Positions 18,033-28,282 of a DNA stretch of 64,000 nt are shown one piece after another. This DNA comes from an uncultured Holophagales bacterium. Its GTDB lineage: Bacteria; Acidobacteriota; Thermoanaerobaculia; Multivoradales; UBA5704. The stretch covers positions 96,001-160,000 of the forward strand of contig CAWJGT010000034.1 of NCBI GenBank assembly GCA_963842525.1. The letters are read 5' to 3'. Under the pieces are notes generated by a model. It was not told the DNA's origin, made no database searches, and was given only the letters and a program-made list of their open reading frames with translations. The translations under genes and the position numbers were made by a program. Within the stretch, counting starts at the first letter, position 1, and each line of letters starts with the position of its first letter.

Positions 18033-19967
18033 TCAGTTGGTCCCGACCGGCCGGGCCTTGGCCTTGGGGACGGAAACAGGGTCTTCCATGCCGAAGACCC
18101 CCTCGGGCTTCAGGTTGGCGGCCTTGCGGTCCTCCAGGGTGAGGATGCCGGTCTCCATCCAGGCGTGGCGGCCGTCCAGCACCTTGAGCGCGACCTTGTA
18201 CTTGCGCACGTCGTCGTTGCGCCATACGTCGCGGAAGAGCTGCGCCACCTTGCGCCGGGCATTGCGGCAGAAGAGGTCGGCCAACTCGGCGGCGTTCTCC
18301 GCGTCGCGCCTCTGCTCGTCGCGCATGGCCTGGACGCGGGCGATCGAAGCCGCCATCGCGAACATCTCGTTGGCGACGTCCACCAGGCGGAAAAGGAAGG
18401 CCTGCTTGTGCTGGAGCTTGCCCTGGTGGACGAGCATGCCGTGGAAGATCTGCCGCGACAGACGGCGGGTGTTCCGCTCGATGAAGCGCAGATGGGTGGC
18501 CATCTCGCCGAACTCGGAATAGCGCGGCCACTGCCCCCAGCCCAGCCAGCGCGTGGGATACCACGAGGCGTAGAAGGCCGTCATCGGCGGGATCTGGGAG
18601 ATCTTCTCGGCCACGCTCTTCTCGGGGTCGATCATGGCGCCGGCGATCTGGAGGTGCTTGTCCACTGCCTCGCGGGCCATGAACAGATGCATGATCTCGG
18701 TCGACCCTTCGAAGATGCGGTTGATACGGTAGTCACGCATCATCCGCTCGACGCCGATCGGCTCCTCACCGCGCGCCGCGAGCGACCGCTCGGTCTCATA
18801 GCCGCGCCCGCCGCGGATCTGCATGGTGTCGTCGATGATCTGCCAGGTGCGCTCGGAGTTCCACTCCTTGCAGGCCGCCGCCTCCAGGCGGATGTCGTAG
18901 CCGCCGCGGTCGGTCATCTCGGTGGCGAGCTTGGCGATCGACTCCATGGCGAACGTGGTGGCCGTCATGTCGGCGATCTTGTGGGCGATCGCCTCGTGCC
19001 TGCCGACCGGCTTGCCCCACTGCACACGGTCGGCAGCCCACTTGCGGCAGATCTCGATGCACAGCTTGGCCGTGCCCACCGAGCCGTTGGGGATCGACAG
19101 GCGCCCGTCGTTCAAGGTGGTCAAGGCGATCTTCAGGCCCTTGCCCTCCTCGCCGATCAGGTTTTCCGCCGGCACGCGCACGTTCTTGAAGCTGATCACC
19201 GCGTTGGCGAGCGCCCGCAGGCCCATGAAGTGGCAGCGGTGCTCGATCTTGACGCCGGCCCAGTCGGTCTCCACCACGAAGGCGCTGATCTTCTTCGTCT
19301 TGGGGTCGCGCGCCATCACCACCAGGAGCTTGGCGAGCGTGCCGTTGGTGCACCAGAGCTTCTCGCCGTTCAGGATGTAGGCGTCTCCGTCCGGCGTCTT
19401 CTCGGCGCTGGTCTGCAGGCGCGCCGGATCGGAGCCGACCTGCGACTCGGTCAGCGCGAAGGCGGAGATGTCCCCGCGGGCGCAGCGCGCCAGGTATTTC
19501 TGCTTGAGGATGTCGCTGCCGAAGAGCTTCAACGGCTGCGGCACGCCGATCGACTGGTGGGCCGACAGCAGCGCCGACAGGTTGCCGTCGATGCTGCCGA
19601 TCAGCTCCATGACCTTCTGGTACTCGACGTTGGTGAAGCCCAGACCGCCGTACTTCTTGGGGATCTTCATGCCGAAGGCGCCCAGCTTGCGCAGGCCGTC
19701 GACGACGTGCTCGGGGTATTCACCCGTCACGTCGATCTCCACCACGTCGACCTGGTCGCGGAAGAATTCCTTCATCGCATTGTAGAAAGCAGAAAATTCG
19801 GGCCGCTCCTCGTCGGGCAGCGGATACGGATGAATCAGGTCCAGCCGGAAGTTGCCGAGGAACATCTCGCGCAGGAAGCTGGGCTGCTTCCACTCGGTCT
19901 CACGAGAGGCCTCCGCCACCTTCCTCGATTCCTGCTCGCTGACGTTGTGCGAATCCTTGTTCGCCAT
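18033..19967 (-). CDS. Acyl-CoA dehydrogenase (long, VLCAD/FadE10-like)
   Basis: FALTESQVGSD, LNGEKLWCTNG, QIRGGRGY, RINRIFEGS. Confidence 0.93.
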   Translation of the reverse strand: MANKDSHNVSEQESRKVAEASRETEWKQPSFLREMFLGNFRLDLIHPYPLPDEERPEFSAFYNAMKEFFRDQVDVVEIDVTGEYPEHVVDGLRKLGAFGMKIPKKYGGLGFTNVEYQKVMELIGSIDGNLSALLSAHQSIGVPQPLKLFGSDILKQKYLARCARGDISAFALTESQVGSDPARLQTSAEKTPDGDAYILNGEKLWCTNGTLAKLLVVMARDPKTKKISAFVVETDWAGVKIEHRCHFMGLRALANAVISFKNVRVPAENLIGEEGKGLKIALTTLNDGRLSIPNGSVGTAKLCIEICRKWAADRVQWGKPVGRHEAIAHKIADMTATTFAMESIAKLATEMTDRGGYDIRLEAAACKEWNSERTWQIIDDTMQIRGGRGYETERSLAARGEEPIGVERMMRDYRINRIFEGSTEIMHLFMAREAVDKHLQIAGAMIDPEKSVAEKISQIPPMTAFYASWYPTRWLGWGQWPRYSEFGEMATHLRFIERNTRRLSRQIFHGMLVHQGKLQHKQAFLFRLVDVANEMFAMAASIARVQAMRDEQRRDAENAAELADLFCRNARRKVAQLFRDVWRNDDVRKYKVALKVLDGRHAWMETGILTLEDRKAANLKPEGVFGMEDPVSVPKAKARPVGTN

Positions 19968-20117
19968 GGTCTCTCTTCCCCTTTCGCCTGGGCAGCTTTA
20001 CTGCAATGGGCGTTCCCGACGGGCATTTCTGGCCCTTGCCGCACTGCGACGTCGATTGTACCCCAAAAACGGGTGCAAGGGGAGGGGGATGCCGCGATGC
20101 GGCTGACAGAGGTGCTA

Positions 20118-20954
20118 CTACGCCGGCTGCAGAAACGCGATCAGTGCGCCCGTCGGGTCGGCGGTGACCGTGAACCGGCCGACGTTGGGGATATCCGACG
20201 GCTCGCGCCAGACCTTGCCGCCGAGCTTCGGGATGCGGGCGGCGATCGCGTCGACGTCCTCGACCGCGACATAGGGGAGCCAGACCGACCGTTCCTCAAC
20301 TCCTCCAGGCTTCGGCAGCATGCCGCCGGCATCGACGCCCCGGTCCTTCCGGCGGAAGATGAAATAGGTGCCCGGCATGGGGACCGGCAGCTCCGCCAGG
20401 GTCCAGTCGAAGACTTCGGCGAAGAACGGCCCCTCCGTGGCGGAATCTGCGGCGAGCAGCTCGTGCCAGCAGAACATGCCGGGCCGCGCAGGCCCTGTGT
20501 AGCCCTCCCCTTGTGGGGTGAGCGGACGATATGGGGAGATGGCAGCGCCGTTCGAATCGACGATCACCGCAAAACGGCCATGGCCGGGGATGTCCGTCCC
20601 CGGCACCGGCGCCTGGCCGCCGAGCTCGACCGCCCGCGCCACCGCGGCGTCGACGTCCTCCACCGTCACATAGGAAATCCAGTGGGAAGGATGGCCATCG
20701 GCCGGATCGAGGGGGGCGAACCCGCCCTGATCCTCGCCGGCGACCTGGATCATCCGGTACGTCCAGTCCCCCGTCTGGACCTCCCGATAGGTCCAGCCGA
20801 GGAGGTCCGCGTAGTAGGCCAGGGCCTTGTCGACGTCGGTCGTCATCAGGTCGTGCCAGACAAACTTGCCCAGCGGCAAATCCGGGGTCGAGCCGGCCTG
20901 GACGTCGGACACTGCATCGGTGATCTGGCTGTTGACGGCGGTGGGATCGGCCAT
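20118..20954 (-). CDS. VOC/glyoxalase two-domain protein with a RebB-like N-terminal peptide
   Basis: GKFVWHDLMTTD, DIPGHGRFAV, FCWHELL, DIPNVGRF; N-terminus MADPTAVNSQITDAVS. Confidence 0.88.
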   Translation of the reverse strand: MADPTAVNSQITDAVSDVQAGSTPDLPLGKFVWHDLMTTDVDKALAYYADLLGWTYREVQTGDWTYRMIQVAGEDQGGFAPLDPADGHPSHWISYVTVEDVDAAVARAVELGGQAPVPGTDIPGHGRFAVIVDSNGAAISPYRPLTPQGEGYTGPARPGMFCWHELLAADSATEGPFFAEVFDWTLAELPVPMPGTYFIFRRKDRGVDAGGMLPKPGGVEERSVWLPYVAVEDVDAIAARIPKLGGKVWREPSDIPNVGRFTVTADPTGALIAFLQPA

Positions 20955-21030
20955 GGGACTCCTCTCTTGCAGTAGTTCGGGCGAAGGATGATATCCCAGC
21001 CGAGCCGCGGTTGAGATAACCTCTCCCCCA

Positions 21031-21609
21031 ATGGACCGCCGCCGCGTGCGTGTGAACCTCTTCAGCCTGCTGGGGCTGCTGGCCCTCGGGGCTCTCGTGT
21101 GGATCACGCCTGAGACCCGGGAGATGGCGGAACGGATCCGCCAGCACTTCCTGATCCGCTTCCAGAAAGCCGAGCCGGTCGAACGCCAGGAGAGCACGCC
21201 CGAAGAGACGCCGGAGGAGGTCAAGGAGGAGCCCGCCGAGGAGCAGGCTCCGCCTCCGCACGTGGAAAAGAATGACGCCGGCGAATACGTCCCCGAGCCG
21301 GGCTATACCTGGGTGAGCCCCGAGCCCGGCAATTTCGAGGTCCGGTGGTGCCCCGGATGCCGTCACCGCGACAGTCCGAACCTCTTCGCCAGCGCCGAGG
21401 AGGGGCAATGGCATCCAGGTCCGGGGTACGACTGGGCCGATCCCGAGCACGACCTGAGCCTCGTCTGGAAGCCGGGGCTGCGGCATCCCCAGCACGAGCA
21501 CGTGCTCGCGGCCGAAGAAGAGGCCCAGTGGGTCCCGGAGGCGGGCTACCACTGGGCCGACAAGGACGATCCGGACGACTTCCGGGTCCTCCCCGGTCCG
21601 CCGGAGTGA
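21031..21609 (+). CDS. Membrane-anchored Trp/Pro repeat protein
   Basis: N-terminal TM segment; three [YW]xPxxGYxW and two WxPGxRH repeats. Confidence 0.65.
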   Translation: MDRRRVRVNLFSLLGLLALGALVWITPETREMAERIRQHFLIRFQKAEPVERQESTPEETPEEVKEEPAEEQAPPPHVEKNDAGEYVPEPGYTWVSPEPGNFEVRWCPGCRHRDSPNLFASAEEGQWHPGPGYDWADPEHDLSLVWKPGLRHPQHEHVLAAEEEAQWVPEAGYHWADKDDPDDFRVLPGPPE

Positions 21610-21610
21610 G

Positions 21611-21806
21611 GCCTCACCCCCTGTCCCCCTCTCCCATCTCCCTCCCTTCCCCCGGGAGAGGGGGAACGTCGCTGAGGCGGTATCCGCGAGTCCCTGACAA
21701 CCTATCTGTGGAAAGCTCGCCTCGACCTCGCCTCGAATGCTCCGCCTGCGTCCCCCCTCTCCCGGTCGGGGGGAGGGAGATGGGAGAGGGGGACAGGGGG
21801 TGAGGC
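21611..21806. repeat. REP-like family A doublet (MITE/BIME-like)
   Basis: Terminal IR GCCTCACCCCCTGTCCCCCTCTCCCATCTCCCTCCC plus inner hairpins. Confidence 0.9.
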
Positions 21807-21860
21807 TCGCACAACCGTCCGAGCTTCTGCATAGGCCCGTCTTCATGTAGACTTTCCCTC

Positions 21861-22319
21861 ATGATCGACGACGAGATCCGGCGTTGTGCGAAGCTGTTGG
21901 AGTCCCTGGTGCGCATGGGAGGCATGTCGGCGCGCCAGCTCGAAGAGAGGCTGGGCTATGGCGCAGGCACGGTCCACCGCCTGTTCAACGGCCGCATCGA
22001 GCTGAAGCTCCGGCACGTCCTCCTCATCCTGGAGGTGGTCGGCATACCGCCCTCCCAGTTCTTCCGCGAGGTGTTTCCCGAGGACGAACGCCCCCGCGGC
22101 GAGCCCGAGACCGCGGCGCGGCTGCTCGACCTGCTGGAGAAGTACGTGCCGAAGCGGCCCGAGCCGGCGAAGGCGGCAGCGCCGGCGCTCAGCGAGGACG
22201 ATCTCGACAACCGCATCATCGCCATCCTGGACCGCCTCGGGCTCGTGCCACCGGCCGAGAACGAGCCAAAGCCTCCCCCGCCCCCGGGCCGGCGGCCTCG
22301 GCGCAAGATCAGTCGGTGA
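21861..22319 (+). CDS. XRE-family HTH transcriptional regulator
   Basis: SARQLEERLGYGAGTVHRLFNGRIELKLRHVLLIL. Confidence 0.85.
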   Translation: MIDDEIRRCAKLLESLVRMGGMSARQLEERLGYGAGTVHRLFNGRIELKLRHVLLILEVVGIPPSQFFREVFPEDERPRGEPETAARLLDLLEKYVPKRPEPAKAAAPALSEDDLDNRIIAILDRLGLVPPAENEPKPPPPPGRRPRRKISR

Positions 22320-22995
22320 AGCGGAGATCAAGCTCCTTGGAGTAGAGCTGGTCGAGCGGCAGATAGACCCTTCTCGTCCCGCTTTCGACGGCCAGGGAGT
22401 GGCTGCCCGGCTGGAAGAAATCGTCCCCGGGAAGCCAGGGCAGCTCGATGTGGAAACGACCCTCCGGGTCCGTCTCCACGCTGCCCAGCTCGAGGACCAT
22501 GACCATGCCGTCGATGTAGCCGAAGAAGCCCATCCCCTCGCCAAGGGTGTAGCGGATCCTCAGCATCCTGCCGGCGAGCGGCTTGCCGTCCGGCCCGGTC
22601 GCCCGTCCGGACACGGAGGCCCGCGGCAGCGGCTCGAACCGGGGAGCCCAGCGGGTCGGCGCTTCGACATCCTGCCACGCCATCTCGAGCGTCGCGATCT
22701 TGAAGCCCGGGACATACGCGAGCACCTTGACGGATGTGGGCTCGCCGAAATCGCTGCTCAAGGAACAACGAGGATCGAAGCGGACCACAAAGGCTTTGCC
22801 GCTGGGCTCCGGCGTCAACTGGTCGATGCAGAGTCCCTTGCCGTAGAAGCCCTGCTCCACGACCGTCCCTTCACCAGCCTCCGGCGGAACCGTCACCTCG
22901 ATCCGGCGCTCGGACATCCCGACGCCGGCCGAGGCAAAGGTCGCAAGGATCGAGATCGCGGCAGCGAGGACCCAGAGGCGGTGCGAAGTGGACAT
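22309..22995 (-). CDS. Secreted hypothetical protein (carboxypeptidase-regulatory-like Ig fold)
   Basis: Signal peptide; VSGRATGPDGKPLAG..TDPEGRF; TATAAT 6 nt upstream of the ATG. Confidence 0.65.
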   Translation of the reverse strand: MSTSHRLWVLAAAISILATFASAGVGMSERRIEVTVPPEAGEGTVVEQGFYGKGLCIDQLTPEPSGKAFVVRFDPRCSLSSDFGEPTSVKVLAYVPGFKIATLEMAWQDVEAPTRWAPRFEPLPRASVSGRATGPDGKPLAGRMLRIRYTLGEGMGFFGYIDGMVMVLELGSVETDPEGRFHIELPWLPGDDFFQPGSHSLAVESGTRRVYLPLDQLYSKELDLRFTD

Positions 22996-23034
22996 GACCC
23001 TATTATAAGGGAACGTGCGCTGGGCCAGTGTCCC

Positions 23035-23212
23035 GAGTCCTTACCCCCTGTCCCCCTCTCCCATCTCCCTTCCACCCCCCGCCGGGAGAGGGGGGACGCA
23101 TCCGGAGCCGTTCCGCGAGCTCGCCACAGAGGCTTCAACAACGTCCCCCCTCTCCCGGGGATAGGGTGGGTGGGAGATCGGAGAGGGGGACAGGGGGCGG
23201 GGGTGAGGACTC
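23035..23212. repeat. REP-like family A doublet
   Basis: Same terminal IR and inner hairpins as 21611-21806. Confidence 0.85.
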
Positions 23213-23221
23213 CCGCCACCA

Positions 23222-26200
23222 CTACGGCGCAGCCGGCGTCTCCGTTTCCTGACCGGATTCCGCCGATTCCATTCCCCCGCCATCCATCCCCGCCATCAAA
23301 TCGAGAACCCCCTGGGCGCCCTCCTCGCCGACGTGCTCTTGCAAAAGCTCGGCAAACCGCTCCTCACCCAACAGCTCCCGCTGGCGGCGCAGCCAGTGGA
23401 GATCGATCCGCACCTCTGGTACACGCAGCTCCAAGCGGATGGCCAAGCTCCGGAGATTCAGCGGAAGCGCCTCCTCCGGGCGCCCCTGCGTCGTTGCGAG
23501 CACGCCCAGTTGGCTAATCGTGCTCGCCATGCCCGACCGGTTGCCCAGCTCTTCGGAAATCTGGAGCGATCTCTTGTACCACTCCAGCGCCTGGTCGGAG
23601 TCGCCGCGATCCTGGGCCATCCTCCCGAGCTGACCATACGTCGCCATGCCCGCCCGGTTGCCCAGCTCTTCGTTGATCTGGAGCGATCTCTTGTACCACT
23701 CCAGCGCCTGGTCGGAGTCGCCGCGATCCTTGGCCACCATCCCGAGCTGATGGTACGTGCTCGCCATGCCCGACCGGTTGCCCAGCTCTTCTTTGATCTG
23801 GAGCGATCTCTTGTACCACTCCAGCGCCTGGTCGTAGTCGCCACGCTTCTGGGCCACGATCCCGAGTCCATGCAGGAAAACGGCCGCTTTGGCGGAGCGT
23901 TCCGGCAGCCACGTCAGGACTTCCCGGCAGAGCTGCTCCTCGCGGCGGTAAGCTCCCCAGGTATCAAGCTGTGAGCAGATCCCTTCGGTCACCTCAACCG
24001 CTCCGTCGATGTCACCAGCCTCGCGGTAGTGTTGCCGAGCTTCGAGAAGCTGCGCAATGTCGTCCTGCCGGCTTTGGGGGACCCGTTTGACCCGCCAGCG
24101 CCAGTGGCGGGCCGCACGCTCATGGGCCTGCCGAACCGCATTGGCCGGGCTCCGTCCGAGCACTGCCGAGGCCGTCCAGCGATGACCTGCGAAGCGGGCA
24201 TCATCAGCTGAGTCGCTCCATTGCACCGGCACCAACAAGCCGAGGGTTCCCAGGAGCGCCAAAGCCTCTCCAAGGCCCTCCGGAACATTGAGTGGAAGCC
24301 GGTCCCCCGTGTCCTCGATCTCCTCCGCCACCTGCCAGGCGAGACCAACGAGATCGATGGGGACCCGGTAAACAGAAGCGCCCAGCAAAAGCTCCTTGGC
24401 AATGGGCACGCCCTCCAGCTTCTCAAGCAGGCGATCCAGGAGCACGTCGTCCACGGCGAGCGTCACCGCCTCGGCCAGAGCGCGATCGAGATCACCCTTT
24501 GCTCGGCGCAACCAAACATCGGGCTTCTGGATACCCTTCCTCTCCAAAGCCGACTCCATCCGCTCGGCGACATCGTCGAAGCGGGCTTCACCGCCCCGGA
24601 GCAGGGCGTCCAGGTATTCGAGTGCTCGCGGGTGGCCGCCGACATCGGTGTAGGCGCGGAGCTGGCCGTCGCGGTCCAGAGCGTCCAGGCCCGGCAGGCG
24701 CCACATCAGCTTGCGGGTCTCGGCGAAGGAGAGCGGGCCGAGATGAAGGTCCTTCAGGCGCTCGTCGGCGTCGCGAGGAAGCTCGAAGGGCGGGCGGCTT
24801 GTAACGAGGAACCGGCTGCGGCCGGGGTTGCGCATCCAGTGGGCGAGCAGGTCGGCGAGGTCTTCATTCTTCAGCCCCGGCCCGAGCCCTCCGTCGGCGA
24901 GGTTGTCCTCGAAGTTGTCGAGCAGGACGACGAGCGGCCGGTCTCCCAGCAGGATGCGGGAGAGCAGCTCGAAGCGCTGCTCCCAATCCAGGTCCGGACG
25001 GCCCAGGGCGACGGCGAGCTGGCGCCGCGGATCCCCTTCGTTCATCCCCTCGCGTTGGAAGGCGGCGAGGTAACAGTGGCCCACCTCGGCCAAGAGGTCG
25101 TCCGGTGCGATCTCGCCGTGCAGCGAGGCGACGAGCCAGCCTTCTTCCAGAAGCTTGCGGAGGGTCTCGGCCGCGAGGGTGCTCTTGCCGACGCCGCCGA
25201 GGCCGCGCAGGAGGACGCCGGCCTTCTGCGATGTCTGGAGCGTGTGGAGGATCTGCCGCTTCTCCCGGCGGCGGCCGACAAATTCGCCGACCCGGCGGAC
25301 GACGATGCCTTCCGCGAAGCGAGGCTCGGGGGGCGGCTGGATCTCCTTGAACGGGACGTCAAGGTCGAAGAGCGGCAACGAGGGGCCGCGCAGATAGAGC
25401 GACGGTGTTGCCCACTCGGCGAGATCGACAGGACCGGCGAGCTTGCCGGCCTGGCGGTCGGTCTCGACCGAGCGGCGGGCCTGGACGAGGGCGGCGAGGG
25501 GGTCAGGGCGTTCAGCGATGGCGAGGGTGCGGTAGAAGCGGGCGCCCAGCTCGGTGGCGTAGGGATCGCTGACCGGCGCCTGCATGGCCACGACGGCCGG
25601 GACGCCGCGGGCGAGCAGATCGCGAGCCAGGCCGGGGAGGGCCGACTCGCCTTGGGCCCTCTCCCCCGGCCCCTCTCCCGCAATCGGGAGAGGGGAGCTC
25701 AAGGCCGTGGCGCATCCGGCGAGGACCACCACGGGGACGCTGCGGCCGGGCACCAGGGCCTCGTCGCAAAAGCGGTCGGCCTTGACCTCATCCTTGCCGC
25801 CCTCCTCCGTCTCAAGCACCAGCGTTCCAGGCCCGGCGTGGCAGGTGATGTGGAGGACGTGGTAGCGCTCCCCTTCGAGCGCCTCCCGGATGGCCTGGAC
25901 CGTGCCCCGCTCGAGCACGCGGACATGGGCGGGCCGTTCCTGCCGGCGGGCGGGCTCGACGGCGTCGAGGATGCGCGACAGCTCCCGTTCCATGTCGAGC
26001 AGCTCGCCGCGCTCGTTCTGCTCCTCGGGGCTGCCGATCGCCACCAGGATGCGCAGCGGCCCGGGGATGCTCAGGGCGGGCGTAGGGCCGAGGTTGGACA
26101 CCGAGCGGAAGAGGCGGACGTTCGGATGGAGCGCCACCGGCTCGCCCGGCAGGCCGCCGGGGCCGGGCAGGCGGAGGGTCTCCCACGGTAGGCCCGCAAG

Positions 26201-27033
26201 ATCGTCCTCGGGCTCCAAGGCCAGCTCGAACGGCGCACCCAGCCGCTCAGCCTCGGCGAGGACGCGGCCAAGGGCCTCCCCCGCCGCTCCATCCAGCAGC
26301 TCCACCCCGAGCGCGGCTCCCACTTCCAGAAGAAGCGCGTGCTGCCTCGATTCCTGGCTCGCGGCCCCGGCGCTCCCGGCGGCACGGTAGAGCCCGGCCT
26401 CCTCGGGAAGGTGCCCATGACGGAGGCGTTCCAGGTCGAAGAGAAGCTGGTGCTGCGTCCGGAAGCTGAGACCCTTCGGCTGATGGTCGGCCTCGACCAC
26501 GTCCTTATTTAGAAGGGCGACCTTGTCCCGGCCGATCCGCAGCCGGCGGGAGATCACCCCCTCGGCTCGAAAGGCGGTATCCGGCCGCGGCAGCAACTCG
26601 CCCGTGCGGGGCGGCGGGGCGGGTCTTTCGCCCTTGAGAAGGGCGACGAGCTTGCGGACAGCCTTCTCGTACTCCGGCCCGTCGGCGCTACGGAGGTCCA
26701 CCCAGACCCGGCTCGCCAGGAGCGGCGGCATGTCGGCATCGGCGAGGAGGACAGGGATCAGCCGCAGCTTTCCCTCCACCGCCCGGGTCATCATCGCCGC
26801 GTACTCCTCCTGCACCCAGGGGCGGGAGAGAGCCGTGGGCGTGCCGCCAGGATGCCGTTGAGGCTGTTCAGGAGGCCCCGGTCGAGCTGATGGACCAGGA
26901 CGTCCCCCGGAGCGATCTCCCACTCGTCGTAGAAGACCTCCAATCCGGCATTGTGGAGATTCTCGGCCAGGCGGTGGACGTGCGCCGCGTCGGCGTGGGC
27001 ATAGGAGATGAAGACATCGTAGCGATCGGCCAC
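23222..27033 (-). CDS. TIR - CHAT (caspase-like) - STAND NTPase - TPR protein (frameshift near 26845)
   Basis: YDVFISYAHAD..SRPWVQEEY (TIR); HITCHAG and LAGC dyad (CHAT); FVGRRRE, GLGGVGKS, LLDNFE, GHPRALE (NTPase); C-terminal TPRs. Confidence 0.88.
25657..25696. repeat. REP-like family A short copy, in-frame inside the CHAT domain
   Basis: CCCTCTCCCCCGGCCCCTCTCCCGCAATCGGGAGAGGGGAG; translated on the minus strand as SPLPIAGEGPGER. Confidence 0.75.
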
Positions 27034-27089
27034 GGGACCTCCACAGGGATGACCCGTATTTTCGCATGTTTCTGGGACGAGCAGTTTCT

Positions 27090-27199
27090 CCCTGGGACCG
27101 CGGGCGTCTCGCCCGCCCTCTCCTCACGCTCGGGCCGGCGTCGGGCTGTCGGCAACGCCGCGGTCGATGAAGTCTGTGCGGGCGAGACGCCCGCGGTCC
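27090..27199. repeat. REP-like family B palindrome (5' exon of the intron; completed by CAGGG at 30108-30112)
   Basis: CCCTGGGACCGCGGGCGTCTCGCCCGC ... GCGGGCGAGACGCCCGCGGTCC|CAGGG. Confidence 0.85.
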
Positions 27200-27626
27200 G
27201 TGCGCCCACAAGCGCACTTGTCCAGAGAGGTGAAAGTCCTCTTCAGGCATACGTTCTCCGGCCTGTAACTGAAGGTAACTGCGTCGCCGTGAGGCGGGGT
27301 GGGGAGCAACTGGAGGTGAGAGACCAGTCCGTAGGATGACGAACTCGATTCGGCCGTGCGCATCGGCGAGCCAGCGGACTAATGGTGAAGCCCAGACCCG
27401 CAAGGGAAGCCCATCGAGCCGAGGGGTAGTGTAGACGCCCGCCTTATTTCGTGACCGCCGCCTGAGTTTTTCCCAGTTTTCAGCGTGGTCAGGTAGATTC
27501 GTCGGCGCAGGAGTGCGGGACGATTTTGCCTGTGGAGAGGTCGGGCAAGGCAAGCGAAGCCCGCCGGGCTCTCCTTGTGTCTTTTGGCGGACCGGGGATG
27601 ACCCGACGGGCTTCCGAGAGGAGGCC

Positions 27627-28190
27627 ATGTTAAGTCTGAAGGGCGTGGGCTGCAAGCAGTATCGAGAGCAGATGGACGGCGGGGCGGTTCCCGAGCTGAG
27701 CTGCCCGGATCCGGATTGTCAGAGGACCCGTCTGCGGGGCCACGGCTCCTACAAGCGCTTCCTCGCAGGAGTGCTTCAGGCCTTGCGGCGGGTGCGGTGC
27801 CCGCGTTGCAGGGTCAGCCATGCGGTGTTGCCGGAGGACGTGTGCGCCTATCGCGATTTGACCTTGGCGGCCGTGGAGGCGGGTCTGGCTGCGGGGAGTC
27901 CGAGCGAAGGCGCCGAGGTTTCAGGGCAGTGCGGCAGTTCGGGGGTGCGGCGGGTGCGGGGTTGGCTGCGCAGCGCGCACGAGCCCTTTGCCGCCAAGCT
28001 GCAGGCGCTGCTGGGGCCAGTGCCGGCTCCGTGGTGGCGGGGGGCGCAGGAGGTGGTGGGCCAGGCGGCGGGTTGGTTGACGCGGCTGCGGCACTTTCTG
28101 TGGTCGTCCTGGGGCTGCTTTTTCGGCGGAGTGAGCGGACTGTTCCGCCACGGCCGGCCGTCCTGGCGGTCAGGGGAGGCCTCTCCATAG
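27627..28190 (+). CDS. Zn-ribbon accessory protein of the transposon (DUF6431-like)
   Basis: CPDPDC..GHGSYKR..RVRCPRCRVSHAVLP; RBS GAGGAGG. Confidence 0.75.
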   Translation: MLSLKGVGCKQYREQMDGGAVPELSCPDPDCQRTRLRGHGSYKRFLAGVLQALRRVRCPRCRVSHAVLPEDVCAYRDLTLAAVEAGLAAGSPSEGAEVSGQCGSSGVRRVRGWLRSAHEPFAAKLQALLGPVPAPWWRGAQEVVGQAAGWLTRLRHFLWSSWGCFFGGVSGLFRHGRPSWRSGEASP

Positions 28191-28282
28191 GTTGGTAACT
28201 ACCCATCGCAGGGTTCTGCCACGAAGCTACTGGCGGGGGGCTGTGGGATGGTCCCAGAGCCCGATTGCGGAGACTTCGTGCG

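Noticed and set aside
17247-20975. Long antisense ORFs (1242 aa here; also 34334-36721, 51070-53421, 60820-62604)
   Set aside because: Shadow ORFs opposite well-supported genes, as expected in high-GC DNA; no motifs.
27034-27655. N-terminal part of the 1477-aa ORF
   Set aside because: It is antisense translation of the intron RNA and REP; the real start is the TIR at 27033.
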